NCBI GenBank assembly: GCA_041690135.1
Contig: JAWLHY010000004.1
Span: forward strand, 160,001-224,000
Direction: 5' to 3'
Origin: Armatimonadota bacterium
GTDB lineage: Bacteria > Armatimonadota > SYMT01
DNA: 64,000 nucleotides
In this document: positions 60,362 to 64,000 of the stretch, piece after piece
How the letters are laid out: every line of letters starts with the position of its first letter
Position numbering within the stretch: position 1 is the stretch's first letter
Translations under genes and position numbers: made by a program
Notes under the pieces: model-generated
Told to the model about the DNA's origin: nothing
Database searches by the model: none
What the model saw: only the letters and a program-made list of their open reading frames with translations

Positions 60362-61957
60362 TTACTCCGCGCGGGGCAGGTCCATGGCCCAGGGGTAGAT
60401 CGCCTTCAGGGCGGCGCGGGCATCGTCCTGGGGATGGTCCAGGCACTCCAGCAACGCGGTCCCGCGGACGGCGGCGTTGGGGCTCTTGAGAAGCTCCTCG
60501 ATCTCGGCGCGGGTGAGGCTGTGCTGCCAGACGGCCCGGGTGGCTTCCTCGAACTGGAGCGGCGCCAGCTCCCGCGCGCGCTCCTCGCTCATCCGGCAGT
60601 ACTTCAGCAAGAACTTCTTGCTCTCGGCGGTCTTCAGCTCGCCCAGCGCGGGGATGAGGTACATCTTCGCCCGGAAATCGGTCCACCCGAGGGGGTGCTC
60701 GCCGAAGGCGGGATTCCGCACCCGCTTGAGCTCGGGATCGACGCGGTTGAAGGTCTCGATCAGGAGCGGGACCGAAGCCTCGGACTTCAGCATTCCCAAT
60801 GCGCGGATCGCCATGGCGCCATCCAGGCCGTGGTACATCCAGTCCGGGTGCAGGCTGCGGTGGCGGACCTGGTACTCCAGAAGCTGCGCGACCACGCTGG
60901 AGTGCTGGTCCAGCATCCCCAGGCGCTGCGCGGCCCAGGCACGGTCGAGAATCCGGGAGGTCCGTTCGCGCTGGAACAACTCCGTGCCCGCCAGGTTACT
61001 CCGTTCCGGCAGAGTGACGGCGCCCAGGATCGCCATCAGGGCCGCCGGGTCGCGCGGGTTCGTCTTGCGGGCGCGCTCCTCCAGGTGGATCGACGGGACG
61101 AGGGCTCCCGCTTCGGTCGCGGATGTGAGCGGTCGGTACTCCCAGTCCCGGTGCAGTTTCTTCGGCAGCGCGACCTTCTGGATCAGCGTTCGCTTCAGCA
61201 CCCGGGCGGCCACGCGGGGGTCGTCCACCATAATCAGCTCGCCGGGTTGGGACAGGGCCGCGGCGACGGCATCGGGGTCGGTGTCCTTGCGCCCCGCATA
61301 CAGGCCGGGTGCCTTGTAACGGAGGGGCCAGCAGCGCTTGTCCTGGAGCAGCTTCGGCGCGGTGGAGCTGTTCACCGCCACCACGTGGTCCCAGGCATCC
61401 GCGCGGGTGAGCAGTTCGGCGATGTCCGCTTCCAGGTTCGGCTCTTTCACGTCCAGATGCAGAAGCATGGCCCGCTGCTGTGCCAGGGCGAGCAGCGCCG
61501 CGAAAGTCGGGGGACGGGTCGCCCGGTTTGCCCGCCCGTAAACGAAACGCGGCTGGAGGGAAAGCAGATGATAATAGGGGTTCTGGTTGACCGTTCCGAA
61601 ACCATCGGTCAGCCGGTCCAGCATGTCGTCGTGGAAGAGGACAAGCACACCATCGCTGGTCCGGCGAAGGTCCACCTCACAGCCGTCCGCGCCGTAGTCC
61701 ATGGCCGCGGCGTAGGCTTCCAGCGTGTTCTCCGGCGCGAACGCGGCGGCGCCCCGGTGCACGATAACGGAGGGCCCCTTCCGGCGCAGGGCCACGCGCT
61801 CGTGTCGCCCGAAGCGCTCCCGCTCCGGTTCCATCCCCACGTCGTTCACGTAACCGCGCAGCTTCGGCGGCTTCCGCGGCTTGGCGGGCGTGGAGGGAGC
61901 GAGCAGGCCCAGGAGGACCAGGCTGGAGGTAGAGATGACGGCCAGGCGAAGGTTCAT
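60362..61957 (-). CDS. Exported glycerophosphodiester phosphodiesterase with C-terminal HEAT-like repeats
   Basis: Signal peptide, VHRG...APENT, EVD..RT.DG.LV.FHD, LDVK and a helical A..ALG.L repeat tail. Confidence 0.85.
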   Translation of the reverse strand: MNLRLAVISTSSLVLLGLLAPSTPAKPRKPPKLRGYVNDVGMEPERERFGRHERVALRRKGPSVIVHRGAAAFAPENTLEAYAAAMDYGADGCEVDLRRTSDGVLVLFHDDMLDRLTDGFGTVNQNPYYHLLSLQPRFVYGRANRATRPPTFAALLALAQQRAMLLHLDVKEPNLEADIAELLTRADAWDHVVAVNSSTAPKLLQDKRCWPLRYKAPGLYAGRKDTDPDAVAAALSQPGELIMVDDPRVAARVLKRTLIQKVALPKKLHRDWEYRPLTSATEAGALVPSIHLEERARKTNPRDPAALMAILGAVTLPERSNLAGTELFQRERTSRILDRAWAAQRLGMLDQHSSVVAQLLEYQVRHRSLHPDWMYHGLDGAMAIRALGMLKSEASVPLLIETFNRVDPELKRVRNPAFGEHPLGWTDFRAKMYLIPALGELKTAESKKFLLKYCRMSEERARELAPLQFEEATRAVWQHSLTRAEIEELLKSPNAAVRGTALLECLDHPQDDARAALKAIYPWAMDLPRAE

Positions 61958-62609
61958 AGGTAGCTGAAAACTCTTGAAAACCGGGTGGCCCGGTAGCGAG
62001 GCCTGTACGGAAGCCGGTCCCTCTTCTGTTTCGGCAGAAGGCAACCGGAGGCCTCCAAGGTACTTCGGCCGCTGCCCGGTGGATCAATTGCCGGACAGGG
62101 GCAATAGCACCTTGCCGTACTTCGACCCCTTCGGCCCCCTGCCCCCCAATCCTGGGGGAATGATCAAACTTCTGCCGGGTTCTTCAACGCAGGCCCAAGG
62201 TGCGTATCTCTGACCGTTTCGGCCCTTTGCCCCCGCCACCCACACCCCTTCGGGGTACCCGGTGCCCGGCTGGGGACAGTACAAACACAGAACCGGTGCG
62301 GGCACCGGCTATCGCCCAGGGCTGAACCCTCCATACGGACGCAGGCGCTGGGCTCTGCAACGTCACCGTCCCTGCACCCACACCCACTCCGTGGGTACCC
62401 GGGCGTAAACCGCCGCGGGCACGGCTTATGTCCCTTTTTTGGGAGTTTCGCCGCCGCCGTGGAATCAACCGAGCGCCCACGCAGGTGGGCAGCGTGCCTT
62501 ACCAGAGCCCGGCCGTTCAGGGTCGTGGCAGCCAGGAGCAAGCACTGGTCCCATCGGAACCTGTCATGTGAAGATGCCGGAGAGAGGCCGCCCGGGTAGA
62601 AACGACTCC

Positions 62610-64000
62610 TCATTCCTTGCGGGGTGCGGCGCCTCGGCCTTTGGGGGGAGTTCCGGCGGTGGGTTTCGACCCTGCGGGAGTCCACTTCAGGGCGGGGGCC
62701 GTGAACTCTTTGCCGGCGACGATCCGCACTTCCACCTCGGCACCTTCCCACTTCCCTCCGGCCGGCGGGTCGGCGCCCTCGGCGGGACGGTAGACGCGCC
62801 GCACGCGGTAGACGCCCGGCTTAAGTGACGGGAGACGTACCAGGCCATTCGGCTCCACGTCCAGGTTCACCCAGCGGACTGCACCCCACACCTTGCCCTG
62901 CTGCGGGGAAAGCCCGATGGCCAGCACCCCTTCCCTGGCGGGAGTGTCCTTCAGCAGGACCTTCTGGACCAGCGTTCCACCCCCGCGGCTGTAGAACGGG
63001 TGGTCGGGACCGCTTTCCGGTCCGCCCGGCTCCGGCCGCGGCGGCGTGGGCAGGCGATGCGGCAGGAACGGCTTCTCGGGGGGCAGCGGGATGTCCCGCA
63101 TCTCAAAGGAGAAAAGCTTCTCCGGCACGGACCGCTGCACGATACAGAAGGCGGCTTTCACCAGCTTGACGGGACTCTTGGCGTAGGTGCACTCGATGTG
63201 GTAGATGCCGCCCGGCCCCCCGTTCCCGCTGAAGGTCATCGGGTCGTAGACCGTGCCGTTCTCATCGATCAACAGCGGAGCCATCTGGCCCGGGTCCTCC
63301 GGCATCGGGACCCCGCCATCTCCAGGAAGCGCGATCTCCAACTTCAGCACCGCGCCCGGCACCGGAGGCTCATCGATCTCCGCTGGGAGGTCGGCGGCCC
63401 GCTTGGGCGCGGGATCGAACTCGATGATCCGCACCGCGACGTCTCCCGCCTGCCGGGTGACCGTTTTGCCGGGTGCGGGGAGATCGATCTGGAACCGGGA
63501 AGTCTTTTGTACGCGGTAATGCAGCACGTCGCCCCGCAGCCAGACCAGCTTCCGCGCGCGCGGGTGCGGCCCCGCGAACATCAAGTGGCCGGACCACTCG
63601 TCGGGGTAGGCGGGGGAGAAGACGTTTCGATCCATCCCGTCCACGTTCGCGACCAGGCGATTGCCCAGGTCGTCCAGCGCGGTTATGTTCCGCAGTCCCG
63701 CGATCGCTTCCGCATCGCCGTCCTTCACCCGGCCGACGATCTCCACGGCCAGGTGGCTGTCATCCATCTCCTCTCCCTGGCCATCGAACCGGAGCATCCG
63801 GTTGATGCCGACCCGGGTCGCGGCCACGGACATGGAGACGGCGCCCTTCTCCACCAGCCCCACCGGTTTTCCGGGAGCGGGAACCTCCGGCGCCTGGAAC
63901 AGCGGGTGCAGCATGTAGCCCCCGCCCATCCCGCGGCCGGGGTGCAACGTGTATTTCTTGCACAGCTCCCGCAGGGCGGTCGAGAAGGGGGTGTCCTTCC
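62610..64000 (-). CDS. Hypothetical protein, 5'-truncated by the window edge
   Basis: Frame open to the window end, high-GC codon usage, beta-rich Ig-like segments. Confidence 0.75.
   Translation of the reverse strand, partial: KDTPFSTALRELCKKYTLHPGRGMGGGYMLHPLFQAPEVPAPGKPVGLVEKGAVSMSVAATRVGINRMLRFDGQGEEMDDSHLAVEIVGRVKDGDAEAIAGLRNITALDDLGNRLVANVDGMDRNVFSPAYPDEWSGHLMFAGPHPRARKLVWLRGDVLHYRVQKTSRFQIDLPAPGKTVTRQAGDVAVRIIEFDPAPKRAADLPAEIDEPPVPGAVLKLEIALPGDGGVPMPEDPGQMAPLLIDENGTVYDPMTFSGNGGPGGIYHIECTYAKSPVKLVKAAFCIVQRSVPEKLFSFEMRDIPLPPEKPFLPHRLPTPPRPEPGGPESGPDHPFYSRGGGTLVQKVLLKDTPAREGVLAIGLSPQQGKVWGAVRWVNLDVEPNGLVRLPSLKPGVYRVRRVYRPAEGADPPAGGKWEGAEVEVRIVAGKEFTAPALKWTPAGSKPTAGTPPKGRGAAPRKE

Noticed and set aside
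1-64000. tRNA, rRNA, tmRNA, transposase, integrase or prophage genes
   Set aside because: No cloverleaf, rRNA-like tract, or DDE/HUH/integrase ORF was recognised by eye.

Overview
High-GC bacterial chromosomal window of mostly core and metabolic genes. By inference from gene content (translin, rpmE-DUF1385-prfA-prmC, Gram-positive-type LexA boxes, alpha-2-macroglobulin, TolB-like protein) it comes from a Terrabacteria lineage such as Armatimonadota. Recognisable loci are udk, an RsbV-like STAS gene, sbcC, gltBD, lexA, an alpha-2-macroglobulin/acetamidase pair, moeB/thiF, a sugar catabolic operon, translin-accB, a heptose/glycosyltransferase operon, csbD, pth-prs-solA, rpmE-DUF1385-prfA-prmC, uvrA, a VapC TA pair and a decayed ParE TA pair. 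I found no rRNA, tRNA, CRISPR-Cas or transposase. The main signals are non-coding: (1) an ANTAR-type dual-hairpin plus terminator leader upstream of gltBD; (2) SigB/SigF-type promoters (GTTT-N16/17-GGGTAW) at csbD, the STAS gene and an unannotated 42-aa membrane protein; (3) many families of dispersed intergenic elements, several pairing a short tandem repeat with a small GC hairpin, with one tract inserted in frame in uvrA and one amplified into a spacer-less CRISPR-like array; (4) a ~200-nt element present twice. The most unusual protein is a circularly permuted, degenerate ATP-grasp next to translin and an orphan biotin carrier. All calls were made by eye, with no database searches.
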